Shown here: positions 23,337-35,800 of the stretch, one piece after another
Layout: each line of letters opens with the position of its first letter
Numbering within the stretch: position 1 is the stretch's first letter
NCBI RefSeq assembly: GCF_000002075.1
Contig: NW_004797290.1
Span: 1,472,743 to 1,536,742, forward strand
DNA from: Aplysia californica
Lineage: Eukaryota
DNA: 64,000 nt
Direction: 5' to 3'
The notes under the pieces: model-generated
What the model saw: the letters and a program-made list of their open reading frames with translations, nothing else
Databases searched by the model: none
Told to the model about the DNA's origin: nothing
Made by a program: the position numbers and the translations under genes

Positions 23337-26300
23337 TACCATAGTTAGTATTTCTAGTGTTTCTTTAGAAATAGAAGATTCACACATTTCACCTTGATTT
23401 TGTTGGTGTTTCGATATTCTACATTTCAGCTTCATCAGAAATGTATGTGGATGAAAAAAGACTTCAATGGAAAAAGCTTGTCTTGTGGGTGCTGCTTTGG
23501 TTTTAACAGTCCTTTTCATGTACACCTCTCATATTATTTGCTTTTTCTTAGTATGGAATGAAATGTTTGTTACTTTTCTTTTCATGTTGTGGCAATGTTA
23601 TTGTTATTTATCATTTTGTCACACAACTATTGTTGATATTTGCATGTATGTATACATACTTGTGTACATTTATATCTGCATCTGTGCTTCTGGGACATGT
23701 TTAATTGTTGACATATTTCATGTACTTGTGACAGTGAGAGTAACTGTTGCGCTTCCATAAATGCTGTATAATTTGTGTATGATCTTGGCTTCAGTCGACT
23801 TCAGCATCTGATAAAAAAATTCTGCAAAACAAGTTTCTGTAGCCTATCTTGTGCTGTAATGGATAGACTCTTTTCTGTTACACGCAGAAGAAATAGATTC
23901 AATTCCCAAATAAAAAGTTTCTTTCTCAAGTTTCTCCATCGGTCTATTGGGATGTTATATTCCATTCCCCCCTGATTGACTCTGATGGGGAAAGTGAAAA
24001 CCTCTCAAGCGGTATATATTGTATCTATATGATGAAACATTTATGATCAATTACAATCAATCAGGTTCTTGCGACATACCTTAGAGTGACTCTTATAACA
24101 TATCTTGGAGACGATTTGTGCCTTCAAAAATGTATCATTTATAAAGATTCTACTATATATATTATAGTATATTATATACACACTTGTACTTACATTACTT
24201 TTCTTTTGATAATTTCTCAAGTCCATTTTTGTGTGTCATGCAGATGTTTTTGCTTTATTGTTACAACCACTAATTTTAATTTCTTATCCTCACATAAAGA
24301 GTGTTGAACATGGTTTAGGATCACTCTTTCTCTGAAATCTGATTGTTTGAGTTTTTTAGTTTTTGCTGCCAGTAAACACATTCCTCATAGTGTTTCTATT
24401 GTTAGAACACTCATTCCTTGCAGTGTTTTTCTTATTTTTGTGCATATTGCCACTGCACTGGTGTAGAATTACATTCACTCATGATCTTTCAACATGGTTT
24501 TTTGTTTTCTGCATTCACACATTCCTGGTACTGTTGAACTATTTCTTTTGCCTCAGTTCTGTGTACATGTTTTCATTTTATGCCAATGGTTTTTCTTTCC
24601 TACAAATTATTTCTGCTGTGCAGGTTTGGGGCTGTTTCTCTCAGCTTCTATCATATCTCAACACAGCTTTGGTGCCTCGAATTTCTGGAGGCCTTGCCTG
24701 TGACAAAGTGCTGCTTGATATGAGGCTTAGCATTCTAGAATGCTTATTTCAGCTGGCTTATTGTTTTCTCTCTAATCATTTCCTTGGAGAAGTACTTTGC
24801 TTGTTGCAGAAACAGATGGGCAGTGATGCCGCTGTGAGGTGTTAACTTGGTTGATTGGTATTAACTATTATGCAAAACTTCTGTGTGTGTGACCCTGGTT
24901 TGATGCCCCATTAGGGCAGACTAGGGTTGTTTTCGTGACTTTCCTCCCACTTAATTCAGTTCTGTTGGAGATGGACTTCAAGTTCAAAGGGTCAGCTTGA
25001 TATAATACATTACGACCTCATTGTGTTGAACGGGGCATTAATCCATACATATGCCTTACCATACACTGCCTGACTTGTGTAGCTAGGCTTTGTTTGTGGC
25101 ACTACAATTAATGTTCTTGTGCTGTATCTCTATCTTTAGTTCAAGGGCCTTCGATAAGGATCTGTTTGAATTATCCTGTTTTGTAAATCACGTATTTAGA
25201 TGAGTACTGTCGGGCAAGGATAGCTTTAACACATTTGGGATTGACAAAAATGTATTCATCAAAGCCATTAAAGTTGGGTAAACTGATATAGCGAAAAATT
25301 AAAGAGATATCTGTCGGGGAATGGCAACTTGTACAACTTATCCGTGATTTCGAGACCTTGTTTGCGTTATCCGAGCCCAGTTGTACTTCTTTATGCTGAC
25401 TGACAAAGAGCCAATACTGATCAGCGAAAAAAGTAGACTATATACACATGGATCAGACTAGACATCCAGATATGGTCCTGCACTTTTTGTGTTGAGCTAA
25501 TTATTTTCCCATATTCACATCTTCGAAATGCTGGACAGGTGTATTTGTAATTTCATACTGTGATCGGTATGCTTTTAATGGCAATATGTTACCAATTTTT
25601 TCCTCTTATAAATCATATGCTTTAGTTTACATTGTGTGTGTATATCAATGGAATTTAAGTGCTTTTTTACTGAAGATGGGTTTGGAAAGCATAAAACATT
25701 ATGTCCTGAAAATCAAGAAAGGAAAACTGGGAAATACTGTTCGTACTGATGTTACTTTCGTTTTGAAAGAGTTGTAATATAGTAGGCCCCATTATGTCAT
25801 TTTCATCTCCATACCCTTTAGCTCCCTATAGAATTATGAGGATTGGTGGAGGTCACAGAGAGGGCTGAAGAGGCATTAAAAAATCTGTCTTTAAAATGTC
25901 ATACTCCAAAGGGATTGATGTGTGTGAATGGGGTATGTTTCTGGTGTGGTTCGCTCCTTTATTTCTATCAAACATCTGTCATCCTTGGCTCTCCTCCTTT
26001 TTTGTGTATTACTCTCTAATATCATCTCTAATCTTTGGCACTTACTTGACCTGAGATTTGTGCTGCAATGCTATATATAAGTCTTGCTAAAACTAAAAAA
26101 TCAAGTTATTGACCAATAGCTAACTATGACAGTGTGCGGAAAAGTTAGCCCCCCCTCCCCATTCACCTGTCTGTAGGAAATGACTGCACACAGGATACTT
26201 TGCTGGAAATGAGAGCTCTGACGAAATGACTCAATGTGCTTTTCCTTTTATTACCCCGACAGATCCCATTGCTCGACACTCCAAAGGACACAAATTTAGG

Positions 26301-28284
26301 CTCAGATCAAGATTCAAATTGAGGATTAATGTTTTTTTTTCTTGTAACTGCATGGGCTTGAGTGCTCGTAACCTAAGTTAAGTATAACCGTCTGAGCACT
26401 GAATGCATGCCTCAACATACATGATACAATGATATAAATCTAGCTAGCAGTTTACCCAAGGGAGCTTGGTTGCACAGTTCTTGTAGGTGCTAGGGGCTAG
26501 TTTCCAAAGGGTTGGGAACCTGGCCATAGTATTAATATTGGTAAGAAGGTTGAGAATTGATTATATTATTTTTTTGTAGCTTAAATGTAGCTTTTTTTTC
26601 TTTACTCTTCTTGACATCATCTTTCACTAAGTACACCAGGGGTGTCCGTGGTACTCTGGGCAAACAGTTCACCAAGCAACATGTTAACGACTGTCTCTGT
26701 ATCAGATCCTTCAAAGATCTTCATACTTCATATAGTGGTGCCTTACGTTTGCGGTTTCGATGTCATTCCGCTGTTTCCGAGCACTGAAGCTTCAAAAACT
26801 GTTTACCACTGTGCATTTGGCATTTAAGTAAATAGTAGGTAGGCCTATATAATAATTTTTGAAAATTAATTTTCTGATCAAACTGCAAAAATATAGTTTC
26901 GTTTTTTATAAGTTAACCATATAATAATACAATGTACATGTAACTTTATTGTGTGTGCATCTATATGTACACAGACACAAACACACACACTCGCGCACAC
27001 ACAAAAACACACACACACACACATATATCTATTTTAATATACATGTATACATTATATACATGCATATGTTTTATTCCATCCTATTTCCACATTGTTTTAT
27101 TTCTCTGCTCAACTTTTGTGTTTCTAGAAAATATGATCAGTTTCGACAAATCCATTATCCACTGGACCCATAGCTGATTCAACTCATTGTATCCTTGATT
27201 GTCTAAGTGGACAGCTAGGACTTTGTCTCTTCAATGAAAAAAGGAACGCTTGTGTTTGTTCAAGTGGAGTGATGATATATTGGTCTTTGTTTGTCTGCAG
27301 TTAGCAATTGAATTAATGCAGTCAGTCAGTCAGTGAAGTGTGGAGTTGAAAGAATTTTTTTTAAAAATCCCTACTGACTCTGTGATAACAATCAACAGAT
27401 TATTTGAATTAATTTAATTAAGTGTCTGTAGAGATGATCCATCTGTACCTGACACCACCAAAGCGTGTTTAGTAGTTTTTAAGGAAGCAAACAAAATTAT
27501 TTGCTATATCATGTGGTCCCTTTTTGCCATCCTGTAACATCCGTTTGATGGTGTACTATATATCTGGGTCAGTAAGTTTAAGAATATTCTTCAGGTACAA
27601 GTAAATTGATACAAATCCATGTGGAAATTGTTTGTAGATTTATTTGTATTTTGTGTGATTTGAAAATTACACCCACAAAATGCCAGTAGTTTTTGAGCTG
27701 TGATTTATTCCACATGGTCAGCTTTTGACCCACCCTTCCCTTCTTGACTTTTGACTCCCATTTTATAAAGCGCCTGCTGTAACTGTAATATAAATTTGAT
27801 GTTCATAGTTTTGTATATTTTTGCTGTTTTCCAAATCCACACAGAAATCGGTGATGTTCCAATGTTAACATTTTGTGATGATCTAATAATTTTATTTCTA
27901 TGGGATGTGATGTAGAGTATGTGTGCGGACGTTGGAAGAGTTTTGCATTTACTCTGCAAGGAATGTAGCTTAGTGGGGCTTCATTTTGGCCCTTGTTTCA
28001 TAGAAAGGACTTTATTTCTATTCCACAATCATCAATCAGTGCCAATTGATGCACTGATACCGTCAACAGCATACCATGTTTGTTCTTACGTTGTCTTTTC
28101 CAACGATTGTAAGCGGGCAGGGAACCGTTTTGTAGTTAGGGTAGTATTATTATTAGGGAAAAGTAAAAAGAAGTATTAGTAGGCCTATTAAGTATTAGAT
28201 TATAGTAATAGAATATTTCTGCCGTGTGTCTCCTAGATCTTGGAAAGTCTGTGAAGCATCAGTGCCACCTGCCACCTATTGGTA

Positions 28285-28432
28285 GTTCAGCTGTGTGCAT
28301 TCGATTCTACCATTCAACATTCACGATTTTTGCACTATTCAGTTATTCGAAGCATGGCAGAGCCATTCGAATGCTGTATAATTTTTTACAATATAATGGA
28401 TTTTCGTCTCATTTTTCTCAACCGGTAATAAA
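28285..28432 (+). repeat. Dispersed repeat (DNA-transposon-end-like, with attcgaa motifs); inverted copy at ~33225-33365
   Basis: attcaacattca.gatt.ttgc.ctattca...gccattcgaatg...tttttctcaacc is shared between the two loci. Confidence 0.6.
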
Positions 28433-28776
28433 ATGAGAGCTTAACATAATAATATCTAAACTATTCATGGATTACTTGGATTTACTTGGATCCAGAGCTA
28501 GAATCATAGCAGGCGGCACATGTCCATAGCTGCTCATCTCTCCTTTCCAGCGTCCACCTCAGGGTCTTCCTGCTAATTGTCTCCATGAGGAGCTGGTTTG
28601 AGACACGCCTGACCACTCCTCGGAGCAAACTTTTTTTCGCTGTTCCCTGCACACACTATTCACGGAGGTAAATCCAACAAATTTGTAGCTGATGATTACG
28701 GGACTGAGTGGTAAGTGGAGCCAACAGGAGTTATTAAACATGCCTTTAAGTTAATGAGGTTCTTGTCTCACACCGT

Positions 28777-29013
28777 GAGATCATTGCTTCAAAGTGTAGC
28801 GGGTGGTTTTGCGTAGGCTGGCACTCTGAGCTCCCCTGGCCTCTTTCGAAATTCAAAGCGTTAGACTATAATAATATAATGTGAGTAGTCAGTCTCACAA
28901 GGAACAGCTCAAGAGACCATTGCTTCGAAGGGCAGTGAATGGTTTTTGCATAGACTGGCATACTGTGCTCCCCATTCAAAATTCTAAGCATTAGGTGTAA
29001 ATATTAATGTGAC
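28777..29013. repeat. Degenerate tandem duplication, ~135-bp period, 2 copies
   Basis: gaga(t/c)cattgcttc.aag...tggtttt.gc.tag.ctggca...gctcccc...aattc.aagc.ttag...aatgtga occurs twice. Confidence 0.65.
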
Positions 29014-29559
29014 GCCAGCGAATGGCTACGTGATGTGCAGGGTTAGGAGACCTACAGTTGTGATTTGAAAGAAAACCAAAAAAAGGTCAGCCAGCCACCA
29101 CACTCATGGGATCTGTTAGTCTCACTGGGTGGGTAGTTGTGGTAGGACTAGGTGTGATGGGGGAATGGCAGGAACCAGGGAAATGAGAGATAATGAGTAT
29201 TTAGGTGTGCTGGCCGAGTGTTCACCTCTTTTTATTATCCCATCCTATATCCCCTCCCCCATGCGCTCATATCATTGTCGCCTATGTTTTAGATTTAGAA
29301 CACTGAACAGTGTGTCATCACCCGAGAGCTGTGCAAACAGCAGCTGCGATACGTGAAGAGGTAGGCACACACTGAGCTCAGAATCATTGGGTGAATAGTG
29401 GTGGTGTGATTAGTCAATATTGAATCTCAAATGCCGCTGATAGACTCGTATTAATGTAAGTTTTAAAAACCTATCCTCTCATGGTATTCGAATAGCATGA
29501 ATAGTCACCCTTGCTTCTAAGCTTAAATTTAGTGTTTTTTTCCCTCAAAATCACACAGC

Positions 29560-29986
29560 GTAAGCGTGTGATCCCTCATAACCCATAAGCCCCGTCCAGA
29601 GCTCGTACACAAATCGTACGTGAGATGAGTGGTCACTATTTACCCAGTCTGTAACAAAGTAACAATGGACGTCAACAAGAACTTGTAACAGAAATGTTGC
29701 TCGTTCTCTGAGTGGTAGCGACCCATTTGTTTGTTTTACCATTGCACTTGGTCTGCCTTGTCTGACACATTTAGTTTTATTGTCATCCTTGCCCAAAAGC
29801 AGCAACAAAAGAAAAAAAAACCCAGCGAAAACAACAACAATAACTTTGCGGCTACCTTTGGTTGAGACCTCAGAAAGAAATGGTTTGTTTTCTTCATCTT
29901 GATAATTCCTGCCTAAGATGGCCACTTGTCTTATGCGGCCACTTTTCTCCTTGACAATGGGTGGCCGTCTTACACAGGTTCGACTG
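29560..29986 (-). mobile_element. Truncated copy (left half) of the 8305-9123 MITE
   Basis: Reverse complement starts cagtcgaacctgtgtaagacggccacccattgtcaaggagaaaagtggcc and aligns to ~8305-8750. More decayed relatives lie near 21905-22078, 36340-36415, 37080-37155 and 63600-63790. Confidence 0.85.
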
Positions 29987-31628
29987 TATTTTGTCTTGGA
30001 CTCTTGGTAGTATGTATTTAGAAGTTTTACTGCTCATGATGAAAATGTCATTTTGTTTTTATCATACATGATTCAGAGTGAAAGGTTTTAAAGCTATAGT
30101 CAGCATGCAATGATATGAATGACGTTAAAATAAAAATTATATGTGGACTTGAATTATTTATCATCTCGGCTTTGCTTTGACATATTTCATGAAATTAAAG
30201 TTTTCCTACGCCTTTATTTTTGTTCATGCTTTTTGTATATTATAAATTATATGTGTGCTTGTTGCTTTTCCATATTTCTGCTTAGTAAACCAGAGGGGTA
30301 ATGTGCAAAGGGTAATGTGCAAATGCTTCGATGAAAGTCAAATTTTAGACTTCAAGGAAAGTCAAATCTTGTGATATAATAATATTATATTTGTGAAAGT
30401 TCGTCACTTTGGTTGCGAAAAACTTCCCAACCACTGAACTTTCAAATTTGACAAAATTAATGGTGGTTCAGAGTCATTTAAAGTTAAAGAGTGCACAGTT
30501 ATAATATGGAGTCTGAAGTCACTGTAGTTTAATTTTCAGTTTTTCATTAGTTTCGTTTAGATCTAATCTTGGGAAAGTTCACCTTCTTAAGACGCCATTG
30601 TAAACAAGTGAGAGTTCCGTTCCCAAACAGTGCATACTGGTTCCACAATGACTTGAGGATCGATTTTTTTTAGCCCGCTCATCGAACGGGTTACCCAGCT
30701 CGTTATTAATAATGATAAATAGCATTTGTGCAGAGCATTTCCATTTTTCAAAATGTTTCCCCGCTAGTGCCCCATTCCTTGCCACAAAAGTTCTCCATCT
30801 TCCCTGCACTCTGTATTACTAGTATTAGTTCATGAAGTTGTTGGCAACTGTCAGATTTTACGCTTTCAGTATATGATATAGGTCTTCTCTTATATTCTCT
30901 TTGCCTTTACTTTGCCCTGAAGCACAGTTGTTATCAGGTCTATTTGATGCCTCTGTTTGTGAGACCAGGTTCTTTCAGGTCACTTTTAGTTTTCTCTATC
31001 TCTATCCATTTAACCTGAAGCAGTCTTCTGTGTAACAACGTTTCTACTACTAGGTACCTATTTTTATCTTTCTTCTTAATGTCTAGGCCTCACTCTCATA
31101 AAGAACTGTGGGCTCTCATGATCTATTCCTCTTATTCAACAGGTCCAAGGTTTGAAACCTGACAATGCCAAAAATTTAAAAACAATTTTCTACATTCACC
31201 TCCTCTTCTGCTCTCTAGTCATGTTCTTTCAACTCCAATTTTGATAAGCTGGTTTCAAATTTCTATGTTATTTTTCGGATAGGAAGTAGTTTTCAGTAAG
31301 TTTAAAAACGAAGATCTTATTGTTGGCGGGCCATAGACCTGATTTTTGTGCGTCCAGCCGATGAAATTCACAAAAATAAAGTATTTTTACCAGGATAACA
31401 TCATGTATCATTTTCTTTTCACAGAAAGAACTGATAGCTGTCAGTTTTAACTGAACGCTTCGTACTCTCCTTTAGACACATTCTACAGAAAGAAATTACG
31501 GTAATGGACCACCACTGATCCAGTTACCCCCCCACCCTAAGGCAATATGCAGGTATATGCTACTACTACTACAACCATTTCTATCAATAAATGAATAAAT
31601 CTGCACACTGTTGAAAAAGCATCATTCA

Positions 31629-31634
31629 TTTAAT
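31629..31634 (-). terminator. Candidate ATTAAA poly(A) signal of the progranulin transcript
   Basis: Plus strand tttaat, ~1.2 kb downstream of the last GRN exon, followed on the - strand by U-rich sequence. Not verifiable without RNA data. Confidence 0.3.
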
Positions 31635-32735
31635 TGTTGCTCATTAAATCTCATTGAATCATGAAGTCTGAAGATTTTAAAAAGCATACACATACACACT
31701 TATGACACTTTTCTATTGGACAGAATATAAGCATTTTTTCAACAATCCTCACTTGTAAACCAAAAGCAGTCATCCAGTCTTCCTGTCCACAAGAGACTTC
31801 CTAGTTCTTATTCAATATGTAGCCAGAATGTACAAGGAGAAACCAGTCCCCTGAGCTATACGCAAGAGCCAAGAGAATTATAGAAGTATGAAAAATCTAC
31901 AGTTATCAATATCTTTGTATTGAGTCATTGAATTTCAAAGAAATATAACAAAAGTACTCAGCTGTAATATTGCCATGTGAGCGAAAACACAGGAAAGAAA
32001 AAAAGAACTTTGAATCAAAAGCACCATGACTTCTATAATAAACAACTTTAAGGAAGAACGATCTTCCCAAAGAAATGGAAAAGAGAATTATAAAAGTTTG
32101 AAAAAAACCTACATTCATCAATATCTTCATAATGAGTCCTTTAATTTCAAAAGCAACTAACACAAAAAGTAGGCTACACAGATTTAACGTGTGACATTAA
32201 AACGCAAAATAAGAACTGTCATTTTCACATAGCACATCACATGAAGGGAGAACAAACTTCACAATGAAATGGAATGTTAGTCATGATAATTAAATAAGAG
32301 ATGACAATCTACACCAAATCAGATTCATTCCAATTTGTGATGAAAAACTCAATGAGCAACAATAAGTATAGCACATTTCACCGAGTCTGTGACACAAGGA
32401 ATACACACTAATATATAAATATAGTTGAGCTGCCTGCTGAACAGTCTCACACTAAATTTTCAGGCATCAATGGGTGTTGTTAAGAGGAATTGTTATCTTT
32501 GTTGTAAAAATATATTGTCCACAGTCATCTTGCACAATTGTTCAAATATCTTTCAAACTTCTGCTTCATCTATATACTCAGCAGTGTCAAATATACATGA
32601 TTGTATTAAAAAATTGTTTTAGAATCAATGGACAAAGACAACACATACAAATTACAGTTTAAAAATAAAAGCAAACACATCTTTTTTTGTGAAGTCAAAA
32701 ACAAAAAAACATATATACAAATGATTGCTAACTAA

Positions 32736-32894
32736 TTAAATTAGCCCCAATGAGTGCGACACATTCCACAGCAATGTGGCAGGTGTCTTGCTGAGCCAAG
32801 AGGTGATCTGGTCTCCCGTCACACAGGTCTACTGGATCAGGTCACATCAGAAGCCATTAGGGCAGCAATACCTGAAGTCAGAGAAGCATATAGC
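32736..32894 (-). pseudogene. Decayed granulin C-half exon, probably the terminal exon: [50 protein letters not shown]
   Basis: catcag acceptor. Aligns residue for residue with the intact C-half exons but has in-frame TGA (32849-32847), TAG (32831-32829) and a CC-to-CF change. Confidence 0.8.
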
Positions 32895-35800
32895 CTGATG
32901 AGTCACTGAGCAAGGAACAACAAAACATATACTCAACGCTTTACCAGTCACTAGTTCTCATATTGGGAACTTTCTACTTTTTATAAATTGAAACTGGTGA
33001 AGTGGGCACATACTCTACTCAAAAAAGCTGCAAAGCAAGGTAAAAGAAAGTTTAAATCTCTGAAACGAAATCTTTGAGCAAAAAGCTGTGTGACTATTGA
33101 ATATTAAATAGTAGTGAATACTTCTTAGAGACAAATTTCATAACTCTTGTTGGCTCCACTTATCATTCTGTCTAGTAATCATCAACTTCAACTCGTATTT
33201 AACGCAGTGATATAGACCTATAACTTTATGACGGGTTGAGAAAAATTAAATAAAAATCATTTATCGAATTTAAAAAAACATACGCCATTCGAATGGCTTC
33301 AAATAGCTGTGAATAGGGCAACAATCTTGAATGTTGAATAGCAAAATCAAATGGGCACTGCTCTAATACAGACTCCTACACTAGGAAGGAGTCCATCTCA
33401 TTTCAGTTAAAAAACAGGGCAAACAATAATCACGGTTCCGAGATAAAGTGCAAGCTATTGACTTGTATGGCAACAGGTCAAACACAAGCTGCTGGCATTT
33501 ATGAATCATTTGCTACGGAGCAACAGTGTCTGCTTTCCAAGTTTGTATCTCCAGTTTCTGAGACATGTGAGCTGGATTCTAAAACTTCTACATTGTTTGC
33601 TAATGCCATCAATATAGAGCAGAAAAAACTCACAGGAGTTGCAGGTTCCTTGTTGAACCAAGAGAGAACATCTCCACCCCTGATGCATTTTCCATGAGCA
33701 ACATCACACTTGTAGCCGTTGGGGCAGCAGTGAAGATGGTCAGAGCAGCATGTAGCCTGGGCAAAAACATAAAAAAGTCTAACTCAGATTTCTTCATCTT
33801 ATAATTTGTTGCACAGAATAACAAGCACAGACAAATAAGGGTCCTTTTTCTGTTCTCATTCCTCGCCAAAAATGTCCACCCACCATCTGTTCAATTTCTT
33901 GTGCACATAGTGGCTTTCCAGTGTAAAAGAGAATGTTCCCTGTTGATGCAAGCTTTACAGTAAAGCTACAGCTTAATGCCATTGATCTATTTTTGTCAGA
34001 GTCAAGCTGACAATTGAGGAACCATTGTGGGAGCAACAATGTGTGTGTTTCAGCCGTGTTGAACTCTGAGACGGCATTTTCTAACAGCAAGATAAGACCG
34101 GGTTGGACAGCAAAGAGTTAAATCAAAACGCATAAAGAATAAAACAAGTTAACTTTAAAGCGAAAATCCTTTCTAATAATTATAATAAATGACATTTATA
34201 TAGCGCTCAATCCCGAATAAAGTACTCAGGCTCTGAGCGCTTTACAATACCGTACAACATACAACAGTAAAATAAATCGTTGTGTTCTCACTAAAGAAAA
34301 TTATTCCAAATATTCATCTCATTAATTTAAAAACAGAAACGACTTCAGCTGACATTCGAATGAATCAAAAGATGTGATCTCTCTCAAAGTACTTGGTAAA
34401 GCATTCCAGATTTTGGGGCCTTGGTATTGAAAAGCCCTTTCACCCGTTGTTTTAAGTTTCATAGATGGTAAAATAAATTTCTTTTTGTCAGCTGATGACC
34501 TTAAACTACGAGTTGGAATGTACAGTCTTAATAGATTTGATATATATGATAAAAACCATTCTAACATATATATCAACTAGAAAATATATGTCATTGAATT
34601 TTGAACTCACTGATGGCAATGGACAGCAGCCATATTGTCCAGAAGCAAGTTGACAACAGGTGGTTCCATCAGGGCAGTAAGATGTTCCTCCTGGGCACAC
34701 CACATGCTCTACCTCAGGTTTGGGGGCAATCTGAAACATTTCAAATATTCACTTAGTTCTCTTCAGAATAAATTAGAGCCTGACAGATTGCTTAACATGA
34801 CGAATGGTATTCTTCATAAAAAAAGACACAGATCTTTATTTTTCTTATCAAGCTTGATATCTCATTTTAATGTAAACTTCTTTTCACAGAGGGAACAGTA
34901 AGCACACTGACACAATACAGTAGTCTCTGCCTAAGATCCCACCGCTTACGATCCCGGTTCACTAAAGATCCCGCTGTTTTAAGAAAACAGAATTTTTGCT
35001 ATACAAAAGTCACCCCTAAGATCCCGCTCTGATCCACTCTGAAGGTAAACATTTGGCAAAGATCCCGCATTTCTGATCATAATTTATGGAGCAAACACCC
35101 GGGTGGGCACAACCGATCAACCAAGAGTGAAAAGTTGAGATCAATGAACTGGCCGTAGTGTCAAAGATCAGCCTTCGCTCCAGGTGGGATCACATCGTGC
35201 TGTGAACTCTTCCCTGACCAATGCAGCAGTTTTCTCTATTCCTGAGTTTGCGTGACAGACTGAATTTTTATTTTTGTGGTCACAACGTAATGGTGCGTAA
35301 CGACAAAGACAAGGGAACTTGGTCAGAGAAGGAAGGCTATAAATTTTCGACAGGTAAAGAGGAGGGATAAGCGTAGATCTTGAGACTCACGATAGGAAAA
35401 TAAGTGAAAATGGCACGCCTCATGTCACTATGTACTGTGATAGGCCAATTAGTTAACTACTCTTTATTCGCCATATGTCATAAATCCACCCAAGGGGCAC
35501 GTCAGTTCATTTTCGAGCGGAGGGAGAACATTTTACCAATTTGAGCCTTAACATGGGTCACCGTAGATTCTTCCCTGGGTTCATCGGCTAAGGTCCCGCA
35601 TTTTCCTTGCTCCCGAGCACCGGGATCTTAGGCGGAGACTACTGTAATTAATGACCGGAGGAAAACCAAGACAGACAAACAAAACAGAGGTACTGTAAAG
35701 AAGTAGAACCAACCAGTGGTCCTACAACCAAGTATGTGTACTTTTTGGGGGGGTTTTCGGTGTATTTTTTAAATACAACACCCTTCATGAAAAGGAAAAC

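Noticed and set aside
24363-24845. 160-aa hydrophobic ORF, and similar F/L/C-rich ORFs at 223-591, 21236-21574 and 23467-23760
   Set aside because: The composition reflects T-rich non-coding DNA. There is no domain signature or splice framework.
32847-32849. In-frame TGA in a Cys-rich exon as possible selenocysteine or readthrough
   Set aside because: It aligns with the Lys of PNGYKC rather than a Cys, is followed by an in-frame TAG six codons later, and another Cys is lost. Simple decay fits better.
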